A stretch of DNA of 64,000 bases from the NCBI GenBank assembly GCA_039194325.1, contig JBCCWC010000010.1, positions 32,001 to 96,000 on the forward strand. Reading direction: 5' to 3'. Within the stretch, counting starts at the first letter, position 1. Every line of letters starts with the position of its first letter. Positions 1 through 9,461 of the stretch are shown here, one piece after another. A model generated the notes under the pieces. The model ran no database searches. It was given only the letters and a program-made list of their open reading frames with translations, and was not told the DNA's origin. Made by a program: the position numbers and the translations under genes. Source of the stretch: Myxococcota bacterium. Lineage in GTDB: Bacteria; Myxococcota_A; Polyangia; Nannocystales; Nannocystaceae.

Positions 1-756
1 GAGGTACCGGTGTCGCAGGGGCCCGAGCCTGCGCTGAAGAAGATCTCGAACAAGCGCAACGCTATCACCGACGACGCCGCGTGGTTTGCCACCCACGGCT
101 TGAGCCTCCCGGTGTGGGAGACGCCCTCGTCGTTCGGGACCAGCACCAGTGCCCTGCCGTCGCATGTGCCCGATGCCTATCGAGGCGAAGCGATCCAAGG
201 GGCGATCCAAGGCAAGAGCAAGGTCACGAGCAAGGGCAGCGATCTCTCCATTGCGATCTACGCGGCGTCGGGGGCAGATCGTCGGGTCGTAGTGGTACGC
301 GATGCCGTCGGCGATGCCCTGGGTGCGTTCGACTTTGGCGCCTACCGGCACGGCCCCAAGGACGTCCCCGCCGATCGAATGTTCAGCGAGCAAGAGGTCA
401 CCTGGGCCCAGGTTCAGGATGGGGTGCTGTTCGCGTGTACGTCCCACCTCACCTACGCTCGTAGCTCGGGCGGGCTCAACGCGTTCATCACGGCCATCGA
501 GCTGTCTAGCGGGGAGCTGATGTGGCAGAGCCAGCCGCTGGTCTGTAACTCGCGCAACTTCCTGCTGCGCGACGGCTGGATCATCACCGGGTATGGGTTC
601 ACCGCCGAGCCCGACTTCCTCTACGTGCTCGATGCTCGCACGGGGAAGGTCGCGAGCACGATCAAGCTGAAGAGCGGCCCAAGCGTGATCTTGGCCAAGA
701 GCGACGAGCTCTACGTGCGGACCTACAACCGCGACTACGTGTTCGAGCTGCGCTGA
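1..756 (+). CDS. PQQ-like beta-propeller repeat protein (5' part outside window)
   Basis: Frame is open from base 1; propeller-blade motifs ITAIELSSGELMWQS and LYVLDARTGKV. Confidence 0.6.
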   Translation, partial: EVPVSQGPEPALKKISNKRNAITDDAAWFATHGLSLPVWETPSSFGTSTSALPSHVPDAYRGEAIQGAIQGKSKVTSKGSDLSIAIYAASGADRRVVVVRDAVGDALGAFDFGAYRHGPKDVPADRMFSEQEVTWAQVQDGVLFACTSHLTYARSSGGLNAFITAIELSSGELMWQSQPLVCNSRNFLLRDGWIITGYGFTAEPDFLYVLDARTGKVASTIKLKSGPSVILAKSDELYVRTYNRDYVFELR

Positions 757-862
757 TCATGCCTCGGGGAGCGCTCGGGGCCGTGACCGAGCCAGCGCGG
801 CGCGATCCGAGCTTGCGCTCGCGTGGACGGATCTCTACAAGATCGAAGGCAGTCGGTCCTAC

Positions 863-1495
863 ATGAGCGACGATCGAGATCTTGTGATGGCCTGGCGGGC
901 GGGAGACGCTGCTGCGGGTGAGCGCTTGGTGCAGCGGCACCTCGAGTCGATCCATCGGTTCTTTTCCAACAAGGTTCGGGGCTCGGTGGACGACCTGGTC
1001 CAAAAGACCTTCCTTGCCTGTGTGGAGTCGGTCGAGGGTTTCGAGGGGCGCTCGAGCTTCCGCTCGTATCTGTTCGCCATCGCGCGTAACGTGCTATATA
1101 GGCACTATCGCGATGGTGACGAGCGGCTCGATCCGCTGACGGTCTCGGCCGCGGCGACGATGGCCGATCAGCGCTCGGTCGCCGACCGAGTGGCGACCCG
1201 CGAGGAGCAGCGCCTCTTGCTCCTCGCGCTGCGCAACCTCCCGCTCGAGCTACAGACCATGCTAGAGCTGGCCTACTGGGAGGGGCTGGCCGATCGCGAG
1301 CTCGCGGAGGTCTTGCAGATCCCCGTGGGGACGGTCAAGAGTCGGCTGCGGAAGGCTCGCTCGTTGCTCGACCAAGAGCTCACCCGTCGGGCGACGTCCC
1401 CCGCCCTGCTGGAGTCCAGCCGCCACACGCTGCACGCGTGGGCGGCCGGGATCCGCGAGCAGACCGGGATCGAGGGGGGTAAGGGTCGACGCTGA
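863..1495 (+). CDS. ECF-family RNA polymerase sigma factor
   Basis: DRDLVMAWRAGD, DDLVQKTFL, SSFRSYLFAIARN (region 2); ELAEVLQIPVGTVKSRLRKAR (region 4). Confidence 0.93.
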   Translation: MSDDRDLVMAWRAGDAAAGERLVQRHLESIHRFFSNKVRGSVDDLVQKTFLACVESVEGFEGRSSFRSYLFAIARNVLYRHYRDGDERLDPLTVSAAATMADQRSVADRVATREEQRLLLLALRNLPLELQTMLELAYWEGLADRELAEVLQIPVGTVKSRLRKARSLLDQELTRRATSPALLESSRHTLHAWAAGIREQTGIEGGKGRR

Positions 1496-1509
1496 GGGGC
1501 GCGGCCGGC

Positions 1510-2634
1510 TCAGTGGCAGCAGGTCCCGCTGTTCCACAGGGCGGTCCCGCCCGAGTACACCACCAGGTTGCCGTCGTCCTGCAGCGCCAAGAAGCTCCCC
1601 GGATTTCCATAGGTGTGGGCGTGCCAGAGTGCGGCTCCGTTTGTGCTGTAAAGGACGAGGTTGCCGTCTTCTTGCATGACCAGTCCGCTGGCTGACTGGC
1701 CGTGCGTGCCGGTGTACCACAGCGCCGCGCCGCCCCTGTAAAGGACGAGGTTGCCGTCGCCCTGCATGGCCAGGCTGAAGCGACCGTCGCACGAGCGTAG
1801 CTCTTGTCCGGGATGCAGCACGTCGTTGGCCATCATCAGGCCGCAGTCGCCTGAAGGGGGCGGAGGAGGGGGCGGAGGAGGAGGCGGCGGGGGCGGAGCC
1901 GCCCCGCATGCGGTCGGGCTGGTCTGCCGGAGTAGCTCGATAGGGTTGATGTCGTTGCTGTAGCTGCCGTTGGGAGACACGTTGAAGTGCAGGTGTGTCG
2001 AGGCGGTTCCGGTGGCTCCCATGTACCCGATCCGTTCGCCGGCCGAGACCCACTGGCCCGGGACGACCGTAGCCTCGTCGAGGTGCCCATAGTAGTACTC
2101 CCAGCCGCACGCGTCGCGCAGGCGCACCCGGATCCCCGAGGTATCACTGACCACACCCACGCGCTCCACGACGCCATCGGAGACCGCGACCAGGTCGGCG
2201 CGATGATGGGCGAATACGTCGATCCCGTGGTGATCCCCGCCCCAGTCCGAGTTGGCGTTGACGTCGGGACACGACACCTCACAGGTGCCCGAGCCGCACG
2301 ATGCATGGTCGTAGCCGATGTTGTGGGGAGCGGCGACCGGAAAGACGTTCATCGTTGGATCGCAGCTGACGAACTCGATCGGGTCGAGCTCTGCGTCCTC
2401 GGAATCTGCCGGTTCTGCGTCTGTCTCGCTCGACCCGTCGAGTCCCTCTTCTTCCTCGGCTCCAGCCCAGGCCTCGTCGTCGCGGCCGCTGTCGGTCGCG
2501 CAGCCGACGGCCAGCGACAAGGACACCGCCAGCGGGGCTCCCACTGCCGCGCAGAGCAGGGCGGGCACTAGGCGGTGATGATTGAGTGAGCGCAACGGGT
2601 TTGCGATCAAGCGCATGAAACGACCTTCCTTCAT
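1510..2634 (-). CDS. Secreted/lipoprotein M23 metallopeptidase fused to C-terminal bulb-type (B-)lectin domain
   Basis: Hydrophobic N-terminus ending AVGC; HHGIDVFA (HxxxD), YYYGHL, GATG..HLH; poly-Pro linker; three QxDGNLVxY lectin repeats. Confidence 0.85.
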   Translation of the reverse strand: MKEGRFMRLIANPLRSLNHHRLVPALLCAAVGAPLAVSLSLAVGCATDSGRDDEAWAGAEEEEGLDGSSETDAEPADSEDAELDPIEFVSCDPTMNVFPVAAPHNIGYDHASCGSGTCEVSCPDVNANSDWGGDHHGIDVFAHHRADLVAVSDGVVERVGVVSDTSGIRVRLRDACGWEYYYGHLDEATVVPGQWVSAGERIGYMGATGTASTHLHFNVSPNGSYSNDINPIELLRQTSPTACGAAPPPPPPPPPPPPPPSGDCGLMMANDVLHPGQELRSCDGRFSLAMQGDGNLVLYRGGAALWYTGTHGQSASGLVMQEDGNLVLYSTNGAALWHAHTYGNPGSFLALQDDGNLVVYSGGTALWNSGTCCH

Positions 2635-2769
2635 CGTGACGACCGAGTGCGTCGGTCATCCCGGTGGTTCCAGGCCGTCACCTTGGGTTTAAACGTCGCG
2701 TCGAATTCTCGGCTGCTTCGGCAAGCAAGCGATGTACGTAGCCCGTGGCACCCTTGGTGCACGTGCCGG

Positions 2770-5037
2770 TCAAGGCTCGGGCGGGATCGGCACCGAGGGC
2801 TTCGGCGGTGGCGTTCCGCCCAGGGCTTCGATGGCCGCTCGTACGCGCTCGGCCGTGGGCACGTAGATCACCCCGGCGCCGTCGTAGATCCGGGCCGCGC
2901 GCTCGTACTCACGGAGTGCCTCTTGTCGCCCCTGGGCCCCCTTGGCCTCGTAGATCTCCCCTTTGAGCTCGTGCCCCATGGCGACCGCGGAGTTGCCGGC
3001 GCCCAGCCGGTTGGTGAACAGCTCGATCGAGCGATCGAGGTAGTGCAGCCCCTGCTCGTGGCGACCGAGCTTGCCCAGCACGCGGCCCATGTTGCCGTAG
3101 GAGCGGCCCAGGTCGAGGTGCGTGGAGTCGAGGATCGCCTCGCGGATCTCGAGTGCTCGCTCGTGCTGTAGCAGGGCCTCGTCGAAGCGGCCCTGCCGGG
3201 TGAGGAACACGCCCAGGTTGTCGACGGCCGCGGCGAGCGTGGGCGAGCGTGGGCCGTCGTTGGCGGCGAACATCGGGATCGCGCGCCGTAGCACGGCGAT
3301 CGCCTCCTCCGCCTCTCCGCTGGTGTAGAGCTCCTTGGCCAGTTGCCTGAGGATCGATGCGTGGATCGAGCGGTTGGCCCGGTCGCTGCGCTCGAGGTGG
3401 CCCAGGGCCTCTCGCAGCACCTCGATGGCCCCGGCGGTGTCGCGCTCGCGAGACATCAAGCCCGCCACGCTGGACATGTACGGTGGGTGCTGCCGGGGAT
3501 CGGCGCCGGCGCGTTCGAATGCGACCTCGGCGTGGCCCTTCCAGCGGTGCGCATCCTCGTACTCGTCGGCTTGATAGCCCCACAGCCCGACGAGCTCGCT
3601 GGCCGCGTGGGCCATCAGGAGCGGGAGATCGTGGTCTTGGGCCAGGAAGTAGGCCTCGTTGATGATCGGGATCGCGTGCTCGTAGTCGGTGGCTAGCGAC
3701 AGCGCCCGACCGCGGAGCAACAGCACCTGAGCCAGGGTCGGCCCATGCTCGACCGCCCGGGCACGATCGAGCAGGGATTGTGAGAGCTCCAGGGCGGCGT
3801 CGAGCTTGGCCGTGGCCACCAGCCCCTCCAGCTCGGTCGTTCGGGTCGCGAGCTTGGCGAGGCTCGGATCGAGGTTCGGATCGAGGCTCGGATCGAGGTT
3901 CGGATCGAGGTTCGGATCGAGGCTCGGATCGAGGCTCGGATCGGGTGACGACTCGGCGGCTGCAACGGGGGTCGTCTCGGGCCGCTCGGCTCGGCTCCCC
4001 GCCAGCCCTGCCGCCAGCAGTCCCCCCGCTCCAAGGGCGGCACCCAGCCACCACCGCGAGCGCCGGGGCCGTAGCCCCGCTTCGAGCGCGGCTACGAGCT
4101 GGTCTAGATCGGCAAAGCGCTCCTCGGGTCGGCGGGCCAGGCCCCGCAGTACCGCCGCGCCGATCGGCGGCGGGACGCCGCGGCGGTTACGGGGCAGCGA
4201 CGGCTCGTTGCCGCGGAGCGTGGCCGTCAGCTCGCCGAGCGTAGTGGCCGTGAACGGTCGTTTGCCGAACAGGCCCTCGTAGAGGGTCACGCACAGCGAG
4301 TACTGGTCGCCGCGGGGGGTTACTTCGCCGGCGAACGCCTCGGGAGCCATATAGGCCGGCGTTCCGAGGGCGCCCCCCGTAGGGGTGTGCACGGTGTCGC
4401 TGCCGAGGGGACGGTCGGTGCGTATCGTGGATGATGGATCGTCGACCGTGCGTGCGAGCCCGAAGTCGACCACGCGCACCCGGCCGTCGGCGCCCAGCAG
4501 CGCGTTGTCGGGCTTGAAGTCGCGGTGGACGATCCCTGCTCGGTGGGCGGCCTCCAGCCCTCGCGCGGCCTGGAGCATCACCTCCACTACTTCGTGCCAT
4601 GGTCGGCGCTCCTGGGCGAGCCAGTCGCGCACGCTGTGGCCCTCGACCAGCTCCATCACCAGGTAGGGCGAGGGAGGATCGTCGTCGGTAACGCCAGTCT
4701 CGAACACCGAGACCACGTTGGGATGCGAGAGCGACGCGAGCAACTGGGCTTCGCGGACGACCCGGGCGATCTCCGAGGCGGAGCGAACCGTGACGAGCTT
4801 CACTGCTACCATTCGGTCGAGCTCGGCGTCCTTCGCCTCGAAGACGGTCCCGAAATTACCCGAGCCGATCGGGCTCCCCAGCTGGTAGCGTCCCACTCGG
4901 GTTGGCCGCTTGTGTACGACCGAGGCCACGACGCGGGCCTGCAGCTCGGCGAGGGCGCTGCCCACCTGCGGCCGGCCAGCGCGCAGGCGATGGTCGATCG
5001 CGTCGGTGCCGTCAGTGTTCTGCGTCGAGGAGCTCAT
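2770..5037 (-). CDS. Membrane Ser/Thr protein kinase with C-terminal TPR repeats
   Basis: IGSGNFGTV, VAVK, HRDFKPDN, DFGLAR, GTPAYMAPE; TM segment; TPRs (DNLGVFLTRQGRFDEA). Start placed at ATG 5037; the ORF is open to 5238. Confidence 0.92.
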   Translation of the reverse strand: MSSSTQNTDGTDAIDHRLRAGRPQVGSALAELQARVVASVVHKRPTRVGRYQLGSPIGSGNFGTVFEAKDAELDRMVAVKLVTVRSASEIARVVREAQLLASLSHPNVVSVFETGVTDDDPPSPYLVMELVEGHSVRDWLAQERRPWHEVVEVMLQAARGLEAAHRAGIVHRDFKPDNALLGADGRVRVVDFGLARTVDDPSSTIRTDRPLGSDTVHTPTGGALGTPAYMAPEAFAGEVTPRGDQYSLCVTLYEGLFGKRPFTATTLGELTATLRGNEPSLPRNRRGVPPPIGAAVLRGLARRPEERFADLDQLVAALEAGLRPRRSRWWLGAALGAGGLLAAGLAGSRAERPETTPVAAAESSPDPSLDPSLDPNLDPNLDPSLDPNLDPSLAKLATRTTELEGLVATAKLDAALELSQSLLDRARAVEHGPTLAQVLLLRGRALSLATDYEHAIPIINEAYFLAQDHDLPLLMAHAASELVGLWGYQADEYEDAHRWKGHAEVAFERAGADPRQHPPYMSSVAGLMSRERDTAGAIEVLREALGHLERSDRANRSIHASILRQLAKELYTSGEAEEAIAVLRRAIPMFAANDGPRSPTLAAAVDNLGVFLTRQGRFDEALLQHERALEIREAILDSTHLDLGRSYGNMGRVLGKLGRHEQGLHYLDRSIELFTNRLGAGNSAVAMGHELKGEIYEAKGAQGRQEALREYERAARIYDGAGVIYVPTAERVRAAIEALGGTPPPKPSVPIPPEP
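3860..3944. repeat. 12-bp tandem repeat (GGATCGAGG[C/T]TC, about 7 units) encoding P[S/N]LD in the kinase linker
   Basis: Read directly from the sequence. Confidence 0.9.
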
Positions 5038-5899
5038 CGGAGGCGGGATCGCGGATCGCCGACCAGTATAGGGCATGTCTTTCGTAGTGTCGGGGTCGGA
5101 GCGTGGATCGGCTCCATGCCGGAGGAGCACGGTGCAGGGCGACCGGGGGCGTCGATTGTGCCGCGGGAGCAAGCCCGGCCCAGGCCTGAAGCGGGTCTGG
5201 GTCGAGCTCGAATACCATCGGAGGGTCGATCCATCCATATTGATCGACCCGTCGGATCGACGTTCGCCGGTCTATAAGTGAGTACGAAACGTCATACCAA
5301 CTGGAATCGAAGCTCTGCTTGGTGAAGCTCCACCCTGCGATGATCTATAGGGGGGACGCCGTGCTCCTCCAGCATGGCCCGAATGAATATGGTGAGATCG
5401 ATTTCTTCTGTCGCGGGTACTTCGCCGCGAAAGTGGGCCATGCATTCTGCGCGCCGTTTGTGCGCGGGTTGTACCCTTTCTCGCTGTTGTTGTTAGTGAC
5501 GGGGCATTCCGAAATAGGTCAGCGGCAGACCAAGAAATTTATCGACGACGATCGGAAACGGTTTAATGACCCTCCAACATCGTTCTGAAGCGATTGCGCG
5601 ATTTGCGCAAGCCGGAATCTCCAAGAGCGTCTCGGCTTTATTTCGTTGGATTTCTCCACTTGGTTCCGAAAGCGAGGTCGGGTGTCACTCATGACCCTAA
5701 AGACCCCGACGAAGCCGCGGCCGTCGTGAGTCGGGCTTCAATCCCATGTCGAGGGTTTCCCGCCTGCATGAATTTCCGTCTCGCATGAGTAACCCATCGC
5801 CTCTCCCGGGGTTGGTGTCGCGAGCGATCCGAGGATGTCGATGTACTGCATCACTGGCCCAATACGAGCATTTGTTGCTCCAAACGTCCCAACTTTGCC

Positions 5900-6511
5900 T
5901 TGCTCGAACGATCGTCCGACTTCACCAATTCGACGATGCTCGATACGCGAGAGTCGCGAGAGTCGGAGGCAAGTGTTCACCCGAGTATGAGGCTTACCAT
6001 GAAACGTAAACTCTTTCCCGGTGAGCGTGAGCTTCAGTCGATCGGAAACATTACGCTGACGAGCCACCGGGTCATCTCCCACTCGCAGCGCGGTGCGGTC
6101 GGGACCTCACGCACGATCTTGCTGGAGAATGTCGAGGGCACCGGCCTCGAGCGCGTGGGTCCGCGGCGGGTGCTCCTGCTGGCGGTCTCTCTGGTCCTGT
6201 TGGTCTCCATCGTGTCGAGCTCGGCGGTCTTCGTCAACCTCTCGGTGCTGCTGTTGCTGGTGCCGGTGGGCTTGGCGATGTTGTTCCTGTGCTTCATCGA
6301 GAAGACGCGACTGTTCCTAAGCATCGCCTCCAGCCGTACGGACATCGTGATCGCGCTCGACGGGCAACGATGGCGAGAGACCCGTGATTTCCTCGACCGA
6401 GTCGACCGAGAGGCGGCGAGGGCTCGGGCTCGTGCGTCCCTCATGCCTCCGGGGGTTCCTCAGCGGGAGCGGATGCTGGGGTCGGCCGAAGGAGGGCCTG
6501 TCGATGCATGA
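5900..6511 (+). CDS. Hypothetical membrane protein (two TM helices; PH-like strands ITLTSHRVI)
   Basis: 203-aa ORF with a central hydrophobic hairpin; stop overlaps the next ATG. True start may be 5987-5999. Confidence 0.6.
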   Translation: MLERSSDFTNSTMLDTRESRESEASVHPSMRLTMKRKLFPGERELQSIGNITLTSHRVISHSQRGAVGTSRTILLENVEGTGLERVGPRRVLLLAVSLVLLVSIVSSSAVFVNLSVLLLLVPVGLAMLFLCFIEKTRLFLSIASSRTDIVIALDGQRWRETRDFLDRVDREAARARARASLMPPGVPQRERMLGSAEGGPVDA

Positions 6512-7652
6512 CTCGGGCACGGGTGATCGGGATCTCGATGATGACGAGGACGAGGCCCCCGAGGGGGCTGCGAAGAGCCGGGTCGACGAACTCCTCGAGG
6601 GGGCGGCGGCGGGCGAAGACGACGATCGGCTCGATGCCGGCGATCGGAAGATGCTCGCCGACATCACGGCCAAGGTCCTCGGCACTACGGCCCCGCAGGT
6701 ACGGATCGGTCGCTTCCGCGTACTGCGTGAGCTTGGCCAGGGGAGCATGGGTAAAGTCTATGCCGCGCTCGATCCTCACTCGAGTCGCATCATCACGCTG
6801 AAGGTTCACCCGAGCGCCGAGCCTTCCGAGCGTGAGCGCCGGCGCATGCTCCAGGAAGCGAGGGCCCTCGCGCAGCTTCAGCACGACAACGTCGTGCGCG
6901 TGTACGAGGCGGGGGAGCATCGCGGGCAGATCTTCGTGGCCATGGAGCTCGTCGAGGGGCGTACCCTCCGCGAGATCCAAGACGAGCGCCCGTCGCGATC
7001 CTGGCGAGACTTGGTCTCCTTGTACCTGATGGCCGGCCGTGGGCTGCAGGCCGCTCACGACCAGCAGATCGTCCATCGTGATTTCAAGCCCTCCAGCGTG
7101 GTGGTCGGTGTCGACGATCGGGTGCAGGTCTTCGACTTCGGGCTCGCGCGAGCGCCGGCCTATGTGGCCCCCGAGCTGTTCGAGTGGGCAGCAAGGGCCA
7201 CGGCCCGTAGCGATCAGTTCAGCTTCTGCGCTGCGCTCTACGAGGCGGTGTATGGCCAGCGGCCGTTCGAGGCGGTGTGCGGAGGCGAGCTACGGCCACC
7301 GCCCAGGGGCAGCTCGCCTCCGTCGTGGCTGTTCGGGATCCTTCGAAAGGGACTGTCGGTCGCGCCCGAGGATCGTCACCCGTCGATGGAGGTGTTGCTG
7401 CAAGAGATCGAGCATCGCCTGACATCCCGCTGGAAGACGTGGCTCACGTTGTTACTGCCTTTGGGGGCCGTGGCTGTGCTCGACGCGAGTATTCTCCTCG
7501 GTTTTGGGCAGGCCCGCGGTGCGGACCGAATCGACGCGTCCGACTGGTACCGCGTCGAGCTCACCGAAGCGGTGCGAATGAGAAGCTCGATGCCTCCAAA
7601 TTGCCGACCGCCGGGCCACGGGAGCGCGAAGGTTCCTCGCCCAGGGGCGTGA
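6504..7652 (+). CDS. Degenerate Ser/Thr kinase (possible pseudokinase or decaying gene)
   Basis: GGAGG RBS; LGQGSMGKV, HRDFKPSS (Asn replaced by Ser), DFGLARAPAYVAPE (activation loop missing); short tail after TM. Confidence 0.75.
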   Translation: MHDSGTGDRDLDDDEDEAPEGAAKSRVDELLEGAAAGEDDDRLDAGDRKMLADITAKVLGTTAPQVRIGRFRVLRELGQGSMGKVYAALDPHSSRIITLKVHPSAEPSERERRRMLQEARALAQLQHDNVVRVYEAGEHRGQIFVAMELVEGRTLREIQDERPSRSWRDLVSLYLMAGRGLQAAHDQQIVHRDFKPSSVVVGVDDRVQVFDFGLARAPAYVAPELFEWAARATARSDQFSFCAALYEAVYGQRPFEAVCGGELRPPPRGSSPPSWLFGILRKGLSVAPEDRHPSMEVLLQEIEHRLTSRWKTWLTLLLPLGAVAVLDASILLGFGQARGADRIDASDWYRVELTEAVRMRSSMPPNCRPPGHGSAKVPRPGA

Positions 7653-7848
7653 CCACGGTCACATTGGTCACATCCGAAGGCGACGACGACGGTGCACGGG
7701 CCTCGCCCGAGATCGAGCGCTCCGATGGTTCGTGGGCCTCGGTCATCGCTTGGGCGTGGGCGACGGGCACCGTGACTCCACACGACACACCGGTCGCGAA
7801 GACGCCGAGAATGCACAGCGAGAGGCCGATGGTGCGCCGGGTGGTCAC
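7561..7848 (-). CDS. Small secreted hypothetical protein
   Basis: Signal-like N-terminus RRTIGLSLCILGVFATGVSCG; overlaps the kinase tail. Confidence 0.4.
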   Translation of the reverse strand: MTTRRTIGLSLCILGVFATGVSCGVTVPVAHAQAMTEAHEPSERSISGEARAPSSSPSDVTNVTVVTPLGEEPSRSRGPAVGNLEASSFSFAPLR

Positions 7849-8031
7849 GTCGGGCTGTGGAACGCCCTTGCTCCCCGATCGATTGCCTCCATCGAGGGTT
7901 TTTTTTCGAGGGCTCCACGAAAAAGTTTTTGAATATCTAGATGACGATGGCGTCCATCCGCGCGGCCTCCCGCCGCTGTATCTGCCGGGTGATCCGGCGC
8001 GGCTGTACCAGTGTTCGGGCTGGCGGTCGGC

Positions 8032-9147
8032 CTAGCGGTCGGGCCACAGCCGCAGTCCCAGGTTGAAGCTCAGCACCGTCTCGCGGCGATCTCCCAGCGC
8101 GGGCCCGGTCACCTGCTGCCGGACCCCTACGCCGAGGTCTACCCCCATCCCGCCTTGCTTGGCGGGCTTGATGTACGCCAGCCCGCCAGCCACGTAGATG
8201 CGGTCGTCGTCCTTGCCCTTGCCTCGCCCGTCCCACAGCGTGCCGAAGCGCAAGGGCACGGGTCCCAGCACGAACTCCGCGCTCCCGCCCAGGACCGTGC
8301 GGGTGTGATCCTCGAAGCGGTACGAGCTCAGATCGTACATCCCGTCGAAGTTCAGGCTGAAGTCGGGGTGATGCAGCGGGAACACCGAGAGCCCGTGCTC
8401 GATGGTGAAGGGGAAGTCGGAGATCTCCGCGACGGTCCCGCTGTCGACCGTCCCTTCTTGCGCTCCGGCGTCACCGAGCTCGAGCTCGCGCTCGTCGGTG
8501 AATGGAGGCGGGTGATTGCCCACGATGTTGTTGACCATGCCCGAGACCGCCGCCCAGCCGGCAAAGTTGACGGTGGTGCTCATGTCGAGCCCAAAGGTGC
8601 TCAGCCGGTTGTGGGCATCTCGAGCCACGCCCGTCGAGTCCCGGTAGCGGAGGCTGGAGAACTGGTACTTGGGCTTGGCCGCGATGGCGAGCCAGCCCTT
8701 GACCACGTTGACGCTGATCGCGGCGAAGGTTTCGTGGGCGACGTGGACCAGCTCGAGGTCGGTGTCGGGCGTGCTGCTGCCATCGGCGGGCACGCGGACC
8801 GGATCTTCAGTGGTGCGGGTGAACGATACGGTGGGAGAGCCTCGCATCACCAGATAGCCCACACCCACCGACAGCCACGGATTGTTGAGTGAGTCCATCA
8901 GCACGAAGCCGATCCCGTGTCGCCGGCCCTGGACCCCGAACTGATAGATCGGCTCGATCGCAAAGGTCTGTGCGAAGGACATGTTGGACGGGTTGATGAG
9001 CGCGGCGTTGGTCCCAAAGGACGACGAGCGGGCCACGCTGCCCAGCGAGAGGTTTCGGGTCCCCTCCACGCCCGGGTGAGCCTGGGCCGAGGTGGGCACG
9101 GTCAGCGCGATGCCGAGCGCAATGCCGAGCGGAGCGAGTCGTCGCAT
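8032..9147 (-). CDS. Putative outer-membrane beta-barrel protein (FadL/PorV-like N-terminus)
   Basis: Signal peptide MRRLAPLGIALGIAL..AQA; GTRNLSLG..NAALINPSNM; amphipathic beta strands; ends FNLGLRLW. Confidence 0.6.
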   Translation of the reverse strand: MRRLAPLGIALGIALTVPTSAQAHPGVEGTRNLSLGSVARSSSFGTNAALINPSNMSFAQTFAIEPIYQFGVQGRRHGIGFVLMDSLNNPWLSVGVGYLVMRGSPTVSFTRTTEDPVRVPADGSSTPDTDLELVHVAHETFAAISVNVVKGWLAIAAKPKYQFSSLRYRDSTGVARDAHNRLSTFGLDMSTTVNFAGWAAVSGMVNNIVGNHPPPFTDERELELGDAGAQEGTVDSGTVAEISDFPFTIEHGLSVFPLHHPDFSLNFDGMYDLSSYRFEDHTRTVLGGSAEFVLGPVPLRFGTLWDGRGKGKDDDRIYVAGGLAYIKPAKQGGMGVDLGVGVRQQVTGPALGDRRETVLSFNLGLRLWPDR

Positions 9148-9461
9148 GGGTATGCCCCGGTGATCTTGCAAACGGCGTGCACGGGGCAGGCGCGCCCTGA
9201 TTTCGCGGTCACCGCGGCGTGGTGCCGAGACATCTTGGCACCCGTTCGCCTCCTCCGTGCCAGCATGTCGCCGCCCCGGTCGGCGGCCGGGGAGGGTCGG
9301 TCCGGCGGGCCACGGCAGTGACCGCATCGCGTCGGGATCGGCCGGGGGGTGGATCATCCGGCTTCGGAGCATAAGGCGGGGGTGGATCGGGGCCAAAAAA
9401 CCCGGAAGTCGCAGGGTTGGCGCGGTGCGCTCCGGTCCAGGAGCACGTAAGATCGCGCCAA

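Noticed and set aside
3860..3944. Tandem repeats here and at 28468 and 33578 as possible CRISPR arrays
   Set aside because: No unique spacers, unit lengths are multiples of 3 inside CDSs, and there are no cas genes.
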